From a virus, in the IMG/VR virus record IMGVR_UViG_3300020160_001966, positions 32,001 to 96,000 of that record: a stretch of DNA of 64,000 bases, one strand, 5' to 3'. The notes under the pieces are model-generated. The model worked only from the letters and a program-made list of their open reading frames with translations, had not been told where the DNA came from and ran no database searches. The translations under genes and the position numbers were made by a program. Within the stretch, counting starts at the first letter, position 1. Every line of letters begins with the position of its first letter. Shown here one piece after another: positions 56,706-64,000 of the stretch.

Positions 56706-57725
56706 GTGGTCAAATTACCTGAAACTTACGTTGTAAATAAATTCTATCAATATGCTGGTTCGCCTAAACATAATAGGGGTACTAATGTTTATCAAGCTAG
56801 TTGCCCGATTTGTAGGGAAGGTAAATCTTGGTTGAGAAAAAAAAGGTGTTATTACATTCCTTCTAAAAATGTAATCCATTGTCATAATTGTGGTTGGCAT
56901 GGTAATCCTGTTAATTGGATCATGGAATTGCAGTCTTCTTCCTTATCCGAAATTCTAAGCGAGTCTAATAATTATGACACGATAGTTATTCCTATCAATG
57001 AGAGTAAAGATGATAAAAAGGTTACAAATTATGAATTACCTTGCGATTGTATAGATTTGGAAAATAGCGACGAATTGAATTTTTATAGTAATAACAATAT
57101 AGTAATGCAAGCTGCATCGATTCTAAAAGATAGGGGATTGTTGACATGCATAAATAGGCCGAAGAAATATTATATTACTTTAACAGATTTTGTTCATAAA
57201 AATCGTATAATTATACCTTTTTATGATGAAAATAACAAAATCATCTTTTATCAATCTAGGAAAATATTGAACAATGACGATAGACCTAGATATCTTTCTA
57301 AAAAGAATAGTGAGAGAAGTGTTTTCAATATAAACAATGTTATTGAAGATATTCCATATGTTTTTATAACGGAGGGTCCGTTTGATTGTACTTTTATTAA
57401 AAATGGTATAGCTTTGGCTGGAATAACTGAGAGTGGATCAGATACATTTACTGAAAAACAAAGGGTGCAGATGCAAATGTTTCCATTGCATGAAAATGTT
57501 TTTGTTTTAGATAATCAATGGAACGATACAACATCTAAGAAAAAAACTAAAGATTTAATTGATGCTGGTAAAAAGGTATTCTTGTGGCCAAAAGAATATA
57601 ATAAATTTAAAGATATAAATGATGTATGTATTAGATATAAATTGAACGAGTTTCCTTATAAGTTTATATTAAAAAATTCTTTTTCTGGAATGGTTGGTAA
57701 GTTGAAATTAGCTGAAATTAAATAA
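56706..57725 (+). CDS. gp61: DNA primase gp61
   Basis: CPIC...HCHNC zinc finger, RIIIPFYD, YLSKK, TOPRIM ITEGPFDC, KDIND. Confidence 0.93.
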   Translation: MVKLPETYVVNKFYQYAGSPKHNRGTNVYQASCPICREGKSWLRKKRCYYIPSKNVIHCHNCGWHGNPVNWIMELQSSSLSEILSESNNYDTIVIPINESKDDKKVTNYELPCDCIDLENSDELNFYSNNNIVMQAASILKDRGLLTCINRPKKYYITLTDFVHKNRIIIPFYDENNKIIFYQSRKILNNDDRPRYLSKKNSERSVFNINNVIEDIPYVFITEGPFDCTFIKNGIALAGITESGSDTFTEKQRVQMQMFPLHENVFVLDNQWNDTTSKKKTKDLIDAGKKVFLWPKEYNKFKDINDVCIRYKLNEFPYKFILKNSFSGMVGKLKLAEIK

Positions 57726-57735
57726 ATATTTTTCT

Positions 57736-58335
57736 ATGAACAAATATATAATTTATCTTTTAGGCTGTATTTTATTCTCCTTTGGAGCTACACTATTTAT
57801 TACTAGCAATTTGGGTACTGACCCCTTGGATGTTCTGGCTATTGGAATGAAAGACACATTTGGTTGGATGATAGGTACAACTCAAAGCGTTTTCGCATTA
57901 TGTTGTTTATTTCTATATAGTTATTTGAATAAATGGAAATTCCCACCAATCTCAACCTTCTTGACTTTTTTCATATGTGGATATCTTATAGATTTTTTTC
58001 TATTTTTATTAAACCATCAACACATTGTTAATCCATTTCTGGAAATGCTTTTTGGGGTTATTATTTGTACCCAAGCTAGTGCTTTAATAATGATGTCTGG
58101 ATTTGGTATAAGAGCCATGGATTTGGTTGCAATATCATTATCCGAGATAACCAAAAAACCATTTTGGCTGTTTAAAGGTATTGCCGAGGTATTGCTTTTG
58201 ACCGTTGGTTATTTTTTGGGAGGCATTGTTGGTATCGGCACTATTTTCTTTTTACTATTTGTGGGTTGGTTAATACAACCATGTATTCGTTTAAATAGTA
58301 AATTGGGAATACCTAATTACGGCAAGGTTCATTAA
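57736..58335 (+). CDS. YczE/YitT-family integral membrane protein
   Basis: SNLGTDPLDVL motif, about 6 TM segments, duplicated half with GG.VGIGTI. Confidence 0.75.
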   Translation: MNKYIIYLLGCILFSFGATLFITSNLGTDPLDVLAIGMKDTFGWMIGTTQSVFALCCLFLYSYLNKWKFPPISTFLTFFICGYLIDFFLFLLNHQHIVNPFLEMLFGVIICTQASALIMMSGFGIRAMDLVAISLSEITKKPFWLFKGIAEVLLLTVGYFLGGIVGIGTIFFLLFVGWLIQPCIRLNSKLGIPNYGKVH

Positions 58336-58751
58336 TCTTGCTCACCAGCAATTAAGTATCCCTTTAATGCTTCAGCTAAACCGCTGAGTTCAACTGCTAT
58401 ACGAGATATTCTACGATGTTCCGAGGATGCTATTTTCTCGAAAAGGGTATCGCAACCAGCATTGTGTAATTGAGCTTGAACGGATGTTTGATTCACACCA
58501 TTCACATATTCAACAAATTTTTCAATTTCTGCAACCCATTCAGATAAAATTTTCTTTTGTTTAGCTAAAGATTCTTTTCTAATAACTTCAACTTGACCAA
58601 CATCTGTATTGAAAGATTCTGGTGGTGTCCCAGCATCTAATTCAGCGGTCATAGCTGCTGTTTCCGCATTCGCGGTAGCTTCTGGTGCAGCCACAGCCTC
58701 TTGTTCATCTTGTTCCAAGATGGCGTTGAAATATTTTTCGTATATACCCAT
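58332..58751 (-). CDS. Late protein with a CTS-like leader
   Basis: MGIYEKYFNAILE; AATAAATA (58757-58764) 5 nt upstream. Confidence 0.6.
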   Translation of the reverse strand: MGIYEKYFNAILEQDEQEAVAAPEATANAETAAMTAELDAGTPPESFNTDVGQVEVIRKESLAKQKKILSEWVAEIEKFVEYVNGVNQTSVQAQLHNAGCDTLFEKIASSEHRRISRIAVELSGLAEALKGYLIAGEQD

Positions 58752-58789
58752 AAGATTATTTATTTATTACGTCTAAATATTTATAACAA

Positions 58790-59176
58790 ATGAAAGAAAA
58801 TTTTAAAATACTTCAAGAAGACGATCAAAAAATATACAATAAATGGGTTAAAGGTATAGCAAAACAGGAAGCTCCGTCTCAAGTTATTACAGTTGATGAT
58901 ATTGTAAATAGATATAGAAATAATGTTTCCTATGAAGCTAGTAGGCAATTACCATTTGGTTTAGATTTTTTATTGGATAGAATAGGTGATATTTTCGTAA
59001 AATGTTCAAATGTGAGAATGGATTTGGCAAATGCTATGAAGAATCCAGTCATATATGAACATAATCAAAGAATATCAGCTGTTAAAAAATTGAATGATAA
59101 AATAGACAAAGTACAAGAAATGTTATTTTCCTGTACGGAAGAGATGAATGAAATAGTTGAAAGTCACGAAAAGTGA
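58790..59176 (+). CDS. Hypothetical late protein
   Basis: TCTAAATA upstream; MKENFKILQE. Confidence 0.55.
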   Translation: MKENFKILQEDDQKIYNKWVKGIAKQEAPSQVITVDDIVNRYRNNVSYEASRQLPFGLDFLLDRIGDIFVKCSNVRMDLANAMKNPVIYEHNQRISAVKKLNDKIDKVQEMLFSCTEEMNEIVESHEK

Positions 59177-59192
59177 TATAATTATTGATGTA

Positions 59193-59669
59193 ATGTTTAA
59201 TGTCACAAATCCTATCATTAAAAGAATAATATCTAGCTTGCTCATAACATCAACAATATCCTTTCTAGGAGCTTTGTTTTTATTAAATTTTGGTTTTAAT
59301 TTTATAGTTAGTTTGTTTTTTATTTTTATTCTACAATTTGTAGTTTTTTATTTTTATGGAGAGCATGTTAAAAGGAAAAATGCATATATTGAGGCAGAAT
59401 TGGAATTGCAAGCTGCTTCTGAATTGAGAAAAATAACCGCTGATGTTGTATGCCCATGTGATCAAAAAGTTCAAACTACCATACCAGTAGAGATGAATCG
59501 TGAAAATTCATATGTGTGCGGTCAATGTAATAAAAGAGTTGGAATTTTGATAGATCTTAAAACCGTATTAAAAACAGATCCGATAATTGATGATCCGTTA
59601 AAAAATTCTGAAATTTTAAAAAATGTAAATGAAGCTTTAAAAGACCCATCTCATAATGATAGAATTTAA
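59193..59669 (+). CDS. Two-TM membrane protein with a Zn-ribbon-like CPC...CxxC
   Basis: Hydrophobic N-terminus; VCPCDQ and YVCGQCNK. Confidence 0.55.
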   Translation: MFNVTNPIIKRIISSLLITSTISFLGALFLLNFGFNFIVSLFFIFILQFVVFYFYGEHVKRKNAYIEAELELQAASELRKITADVVCPCDQKVQTTIPVEMNRENSYVCGQCNKRVGILIDLKTVLKTDPIIDDPLKNSEILKNVNEALKDPSHNDRI

Positions 59670-60024
59670 AAAAACAGATAGTAGTTCCATTCCTCCAGAA
59701 ATTACATCTAGAGAAATTGTTAAAAATGAAGATGTTTTATATTTTTTTGAACAATTGTGTAAAAAAAATGTTGAGGATTATATGGTTTTTAAAAAAAATA
59801 GTTTTAAAAATCAAAATTTAGATATAATTAAAGATTTTTTAAACAAATTTGAGAATTTCATAAAAGATGAAAGTTCAAATAAAGACAATAAAGAAGTTGT
59901 TAATATAATTTTTAACAATATAAAGAACAATATAAAAATATTAGAACATTTGGAAATGCTTCCAAAAGATAATAAAAACAAAGCATTTTTATTATCATTC
60001 GTATCTTCTAGATTATTTCCTTGA
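59656..60024 (+). CDS. Hypothetical protein
   Basis: Coupled ORF. Confidence 0.45.
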   Translation: MIEFKKTDSSSIPPEITSREIVKNEDVLYFFEQLCKKNVEDYMVFKKNSFKNQNLDIIKDFLNKFENFIKDESSNKDNKEVVNIIFNNIKNNIKILEHLEMLPKDNKNKAFLLSFVSSRLFP

Positions 60025-60058
60025 CTTTCTTTTTAAAAATTGAGACACTGCATGTCTT

Positions 60059-60346
60059 ATGAATGAAAAAGTTGTAATCAAAACAAGCAAAGAAGAACAT
60101 GTAATGGATAAAGACGCTTTTATACGTTGGCTATGCTTGATAGAGATTGTTCAATTGGCCGAAGAAAAAGCGATTGATTTGAAGGTAGATTTGGAAGATG
60201 TTGATTGGGTCAAACCATTGGCTTTTAAAAAATATATGAATGAGCGTTTTAAAAGTATGGAAATTGATTTAATGGCTGACGAACGAAATGGTAGTATGGT
60301 CTTGGATTACGTCAATAATAACCACCATATTCCAGAGTATTGTTAA
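60059..60346 (+). CDS. Hypothetical protein
   Basis: Preceded by TTGACT-N17-GACACT. Confidence 0.5.
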   Translation: MNEKVVIKTSKEEHVMDKDAFIRWLCLIEIVQLAEEKAIDLKVDLEDVDWVKPLAFKKYMNERFKSMEIDLMADERNGSMVLDYVNNNHHIPEYC

Positions 60347-61067
60347 TGCTCATATCGAATACGAATTTTTTAGATTCGGTGTCTGAATCTTGTGGATATG
60401 ATGATAGTCTTTCTGTTGGGGTTTGTAAAGACCCCGACAGATCTCCATAGAATGTATCATCATGTACTTGATAATTTCCCTTTTCTTGGGGTATATTCTC
60501 AAAAGAATGTTCAAGACGTTTAGCTTTCAATAACCAAACATAATGGCCAGCTAAAGGATTTATGGAAGAATTGTCCTCATCACATCTTTCTGTAATTTCG
60601 TACATTTTACCGTCTCTTTCACCAGGTCTATCTGAACCGTATTCCACTAATTTAAAAACATCTCCAGATTTAGGTTCTAATTTTTTATCTGGAAAATGAG
60701 CATAAAATGAACTTATGTGTAAATATGCTGTTACTTGATCATCAGATCTATAGCCGAATTTTGATAATACCAAAGCATTCTCAGCCAAAGTGAATATCAT
60801 TATCATCTCTTTAGGTTCTTCGAATTGATCGACTGGCATTTCCCCATAAGTATTATCACCGTCTTTTAAATTGTATAAATTTCTATAATACAATATTTTT
60901 TGACCATATAAATCTATTTGCTCTCTCCAATAATTACTATATAATAATCTTTCAGCTTCATTTTTTTCTTTATCTGTAAAACGCAATGTTGATGACACAT
61001 AGTTATTGTAATTATCGGGATAAGTCCTGATACAATTCACACCTTTATGTTTATCGTAAGTTATCAT
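60312..61067 (-). CDS. gp14: Neck/head-closure protein (T4 gp14-like)
   Basis: WREQIDLYGQKILYY, YGE, LSKFG, P.SGDV, YVW.L: pattern of gp14-type adaptors. Confidence 0.6.
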   Translation of the reverse strand: MITYDKHKGVNCIRTYPDNYNNYVSSTLRFTDKEKNEAERLLYSNYWREQIDLYGQKILYYRNLYNLKDGDNTYGEMPVDQFEEPKEMIMIFTLAENALVLSKFGYRSDDQVTAYLHISSFYAHFPDKKLEPKSGDVFKLVEYGSDRPGERDGKMYEITERCDEDNSSINPLAGHYVWLLKAKRLEHSFENIPQEKGNYQVHDDTFYGDLSGSLQTPTERLSSYPQDSDTESKKFVFDMSINNTLEYGGYY

Positions 61068-61444
61068 TTTTTTAATATAAAGGATTTTTTACTATCATCC
61101 CAAACTATTTGTATTCCAGTATTTCCTAATTTTTTTGGTTCCGTTTTAGATACGCTATATATACCATATTTTTTACATACCTTTTTCAATTGTACACTAT
61201 TTAAAGGGACATTCACAGATGGATTATTTTTCAATTTCTCCACTTGCTGAATGATTGTCATATCTGGTTTATGCATATCTGGAACAGTTTGTGCATGTTT
61301 TCTTTTAAAAGGATCTAATATTAAAGACCTTCTGTGTCTGGCTCCCTTTTTTATAGGTGGTTTTTGTGGTAAAAACATGTTCACGTAACCATGATTCCAT
61401 GTTTGCTCTAAAATAATAGAAAATGTTTTTGCGAATAGCCCCAT
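61064..61444 (-). CDS. Basic late protein with a CTS-like leader
   Basis: Start refined to the ATG at 61444 (MGLFAKTFSIILE), 5 nt after AATAAATA (61450-61457). Confidence 0.6.
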   Translation of the reverse strand: MGLFAKTFSIILEQTWNHGYVNMFLPQKPPIKKGARHRRSLILDPFKRKHAQTVPDMHKPDMTIIQQVEKLKNNPSVNVPLNSVQLKKVCKKYGIYSVSKTEPKKLGNTGIQIVWDDSKKSFILKK

Positions 61445-61460
61445 GGAACTATTTATTATT

Positions 61461-63284
61461 TTATGCTTCTGGAGTTGGAGCCTTACCTTCGTTACTAGGT
61501 GGAGGCGTTGGGGCCGATGCTCCAGATGGAGGAGGTCCAAAATCTGGTGGGGCTTCTTCCGCACCACCTCCTGCTCCACCTATTGGTGATCCAGCAGGAG
61601 CGCCACCACCACTTCCAGTCGGAATAGCTCCACCACTTCCAGCAGCCATAGGTTGCCCTTCTACAACTTCACCTCCAGCGGTTGTCAATTGCCTCCAATT
61701 TGGTCCCATAGCTGTGATTTGAGCCAATTCAAATTCCAATTCTTTATCCTTTTTCAAGAATGCTCTATTTGCTAAAATTTCTTGATCACTCCATCTCAAA
61801 TATTTTTTCTGAGCATATGTTTTTGATATGGATTCGTTTTGAGTCATATTGTTGAATGTTGTGTATTTTATTTCAGCCTTTTGAGCCTCTCTCATTTCAA
61901 AAAAGTTGGTTGGTGGGGTAAATTTGATATCAAAGTCTGTTTCTTTAACATCATATTTACTCCATAATTTTTTTAATTTTAAATGCACTATAAAAGTATT
62001 CTTTAAACTTTCCGCAAAATGCATTTGCATACGCATAATAAATTTAGCAAATTTTAATTCCTCTCTCAAAATTTGCATACCATCACCATATGCTGAATCT
62101 GGAGCTATTCTATTGACAGGTACTTTTAAAGATTTATACAATTTGATTAAAAAATAATCCAAATCTGGCAAAGTGTTTAATTGAGGTCCACCTTGAAGCT
62201 CTCTAACATCTGTTCCTTCAGAACCTTGTCTTTTTGCAAACCAATAATTATCCAAATAACTCTGAGGATTGAATTTGTTCACTTGACCAGCTTGATCAAC
62301 ATCAAATGTTCTTTTAGACCAATAATCTTGAATCATTTTTCTCAAATATGATTCAGCTTTAGGTGCTGGCATTGTTCCAACATCAACGTTGAAAACTAGT
62401 CTTGAAGGCGCTCTTGCTAGTCTATGAATGACTACACTATCTTCTATCAGAGATAGTTGACGATATGCGCGTCTAGCGTTTTCAATGAAAGGTATTCTCA
62501 TTGTTTTATTTTCATTCCATATTCCAGAATTGACATATGTAATTTGATTTTTATCCATAGGCACTAAAGCATAATCAACCACTTTAGATGGATTTGTCTG
62601 ATCGAATACAGGTTTTCTTAAAAGAAATCCTTTTATCAACATGTTTTGAATATTTCCAAAAATAGGATCTATTAGTTCTGTTGGAACACTGACAACACCG
62701 AGTACACCTTCTTCTTCTCTTTCTTTATGTATAATGTTTTCCCAATATAATTCTCCATCAACCATTACATTTCTAAAATACTCCCAACCCTTTTTTTCAA
62801 ATTCAAAATAATTTATAATTTTATCAAATTCTTCTGTTAAATCAGATTTTGCGTCAGATTTTAAATCTTCATTGGGGAATTCCAATTTAACAATCTTGTT
62901 ATTCTCATCTTTATTAACAGATTCATCACATATTTCATCCAATGCTTCAGCCACTTCCGAAAAAGCTGCCATTACTCTATAGTCACGCAATCTTGCAATT
63001 TTATCCGCTTGGACATTCGCATACATGTATTGTGTGAAATTCGAATCAATATTAAAAAATGCCGTTGGAGATAACTCGTTATATTCTGAAGATGAACTTA
63101 TACTCTGTCTAGCTAACGCTTCTGTCCTTTTGGAACCCGTATCTTGGAAAGATTTAAACTTTGGATTTAATTTAGAGATGGTATCTATTACAGTATATGA
63201 CTGATATGGAAGGTATGAATTTACATAATTCATTAAGCTTCTTCCAAATGTAGACTCTCTTCCTGATGATGAATTTGTTGGCAC
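61461..63284 (-). CDS. gp20: Portal protein gp20 with a Gly/Pro-rich C-terminal tail
   Basis: IEDSVVIHRLARAPSRLVFNVDVGTMP..KAESYL, DNYWFAKRQGSEGTDV..L.GG, REELKFAKFI. Start refined to the GTG at 63284, 5 nt after TATAAATA. Confidence 0.95.
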   Translation of the reverse strand: MPTNSSSGRESTFGRSLMNYVNSYLPYQSYTVIDTISKLNPKFKSFQDTGSKRTEALARQSISSSSEYNELSPTAFFNIDSNFTQYMYANVQADKIARLRDYRVMAAFSEVAEALDEICDESVNKDENNKIVKLEFPNEDLKSDAKSDLTEEFDKIINYFEFEKKGWEYFRNVMVDGELYWENIIHKEREEEGVLGVVSVPTELIDPIFGNIQNMLIKGFLLRKPVFDQTNPSKVVDYALVPMDKNQITYVNSGIWNENKTMRIPFIENARRAYRQLSLIEDSVVIHRLARAPSRLVFNVDVGTMPAPKAESYLRKMIQDYWSKRTFDVDQAGQVNKFNPQSYLDNYWFAKRQGSEGTDVRELQGGPQLNTLPDLDYFLIKLYKSLKVPVNRIAPDSAYGDGMQILREELKFAKFIMRMQMHFAESLKNTFIVHLKLKKLWSKYDVKETDFDIKFTPPTNFFEMREAQKAEIKYTTFNNMTQNESISKTYAQKKYLRWSDQEILANRAFLKKDKELEFELAQITAMGPNWRQLTTAGGEVVEGQPMAAGSGGAIPTGSGGGAPAGSPIGGAGGGAEEAPPDFGPPPSGASAPTPPPSNEGKAPTPEA

Positions 63285-63289
63285 AGTAT

Positions 63290-63297
63290 TATTTATA
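63290..63297 (-). promoter_or_regulatory. T4-type late promoter TATAAATA for the portal gene
   Basis: Exact consensus, 5 nt before the GTG at 63284. Confidence 0.75.
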
Positions 63298-63363
63298 TCG
63301 GAAAATGCTAAAGAAAACAAATTTTATCATTGGAATGTTTATAAAACGTGATAATATTGATAT

Positions 63364-63645
63364 ATGGAAATTTTTGATTTTATAAACAACGTACTTTTTT
63401 TTAAAAAAGATGTTGTTGAATTGAATTGTGAGGAATATAAAAAATATAATTCTTATTTGATTAATAGATGGATTTCTATGCACAGTCCAGACAATGCAAT
63501 GATCATAAATCAAACAGTCAATAGAAAAAATTTCTTATGCAAGGACTCCGATTCTCAGTATAAGTTTTTATTAAATGTGATCCCAAAATCAAAGTATAAA
63601 AAAATCGAATATATTAAAAAAAATACAAATGAAGATAAAGCTTGA
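63364..63645 (+). CDS. gp62: Clamp-loader small subunit (gp62-like)
   Basis: F...N.V.F.K...Y.SYLINRWISM...QYKFLLNVIPKSK....YIKK. Confidence 0.65.
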   Translation: MEIFDFINNVLFFKKDVVELNCEEYKKYNSYLINRWISMHSPDNAMIINQTVNRKNFLCKDSDSQYKFLLNVIPKSKYKKIEYIKKNTNEDKA

Positions 63646-63676
63646 TTTCTATATATCATATCTTAAATAAAAAAAC

Positions 63677-64000
63677 ATGAATATAGATGCATTAACACCA
63701 CAAAAATCTTTAATTGACCTAGATGGCTTTTCACAAAATTCTTTAAATAGTGTTTTTATTGGTTACAACTTATCAAAAGTATTAGACGATATTATATTGG
63801 TAGAACTTGTAGATTTGGGTGGCAATTCCAATGAAATTGTTAGGAACGGTATCGTTGTTCCAATTAACGCCGAAACTCAAGCTTGGAGAATTGGTAAGGT
63901 TATTCTTTGTGGGCAAGGTACATCTTTAGTAAAACAAGGAGATCATGTCATATTTCCCAATAATAAAGGTATAATGATTTCAAATGTTGAAATTGAGGGT
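63677..64000 (+). CDS. groES: GroES/Cpn10-like co-chaperonin (gp31 analogue), 3'-truncated by the window edge
   Basis: Hand translation: ...VLDDIILVELVD...RNGIVVP...IGKVILCGQGTSLVKQGDHVIFP. Confidence 0.8.
   Translation, partial: MNIDALTPQKSLIDLDGFSQNSLNSVFIGYNLSKVLDDIILVELVDLGGNSNEIVRNGIVVPINAETQAWRIGKVILCGQGTSLVKQGDHVIFPNNKGIMISNVEIEG

Noticed and set aside
5540-57725. Introns or inteins in nrdA, nrdB, gp43, gp41, uvsW or gp61
   Set aside because: All are continuous and of normal length, with no Hint/LAGLIDADG motifs.
26474-61444. Idea that the ATE-like enzyme acts on termini created by the prohead protease
   Set aside because: Cleavage after Glu leaves mostly K, Q, S, A or N at the new N-terminus rather than Asp/Glu, and the transferase shows no late promoter, so it is not supported.
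61423-61722. Gly/Pro-rich + strand ORF, and the upstream extension of the 61064 ORF to 61579
   Set aside because: Shadow frames of the GC-rich portal tail; the true start at 61444 follows a late promoter.
855-63513. Numerous 60-130 aa ORFs in the track that overlap longer genes (e.g. 1081, 4495, 7745, 25982, 43487, 49137, 50713)
   Set aside because: Antisense or alternative-frame shadows of well-supported genes, with no motifs or expression signals.
1-64000. Stop-codon reassignment (alternative genetic code)
   Set aside because: Core genes are full length under code 11, and TAA, TAG and TGA all occur as genuine ends with tight coupling.
1-64000. tRNA or rRNA genes
   Set aside because: Intergenic gaps are short and AT-rich; no T-loop/D-loop cloverleaf pattern was seen by eye. 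tRNAscan-SE would confirm.

Overview
The window is an AT-rich, gene-dense segment of a large lytic T4-like myovirus genome. A candidate spanin and sigma70-type promoters suggest a diderm host. All family assignments were made by eye from sequence motifs; no database search was run. Recognised core genes: nrdA, nrdB, uvsY, uvsW, late sigma gp55, gp47/gp46, family-B polymerase gp43, uvsX, helicase gp41, SSB gp32, clamp gp45, primase gp61, neck gp14-like, portal gp20, gp62-like and a GroES-like co-chaperonin, in an order shuffled relative to T4. Accessory content: (1) about 12 glycosyltransferase-like genes and several methyltransferases, including eukaryote-type families (GT60/Skp1-GlcNAcT-like, two exostosin/GT47, GT77-like, two fucosyltransferase-like), near Pro/Thr-repeat proteins; (2) a compact late lysis cassette with a candidate unimolecular spanin, holin and pesticin-like endolysin; (3) about 20 otherwise unrelated ORFs that share an N-terminal leader ending in [I/L/V]-x-E, resembling the T4 capsid-targeting/prohead-protease signal, which suggests a large set of head-packaged, injected proteins (3D-domain and M15-like peptidoglycan hydrolases with a shared C-terminal tag, a retropepsin-like protease, a PcfJ-like and a ParB-like protein); (4) an Arg/Leu-tRNA-protein transferase (ATE1/Bpt)-like gene coupled to a SAM methyltransferase. 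Late promoters (TATAAATA and nnTAAATA) sit 5-6 nt before start codons, often GTG, implying leaderless mRNAs. Sigma70-type promoters mostly have a 16-nt spacer. No tRNA, rRNA, CRISPR array, intron, intein or transposon was seen.
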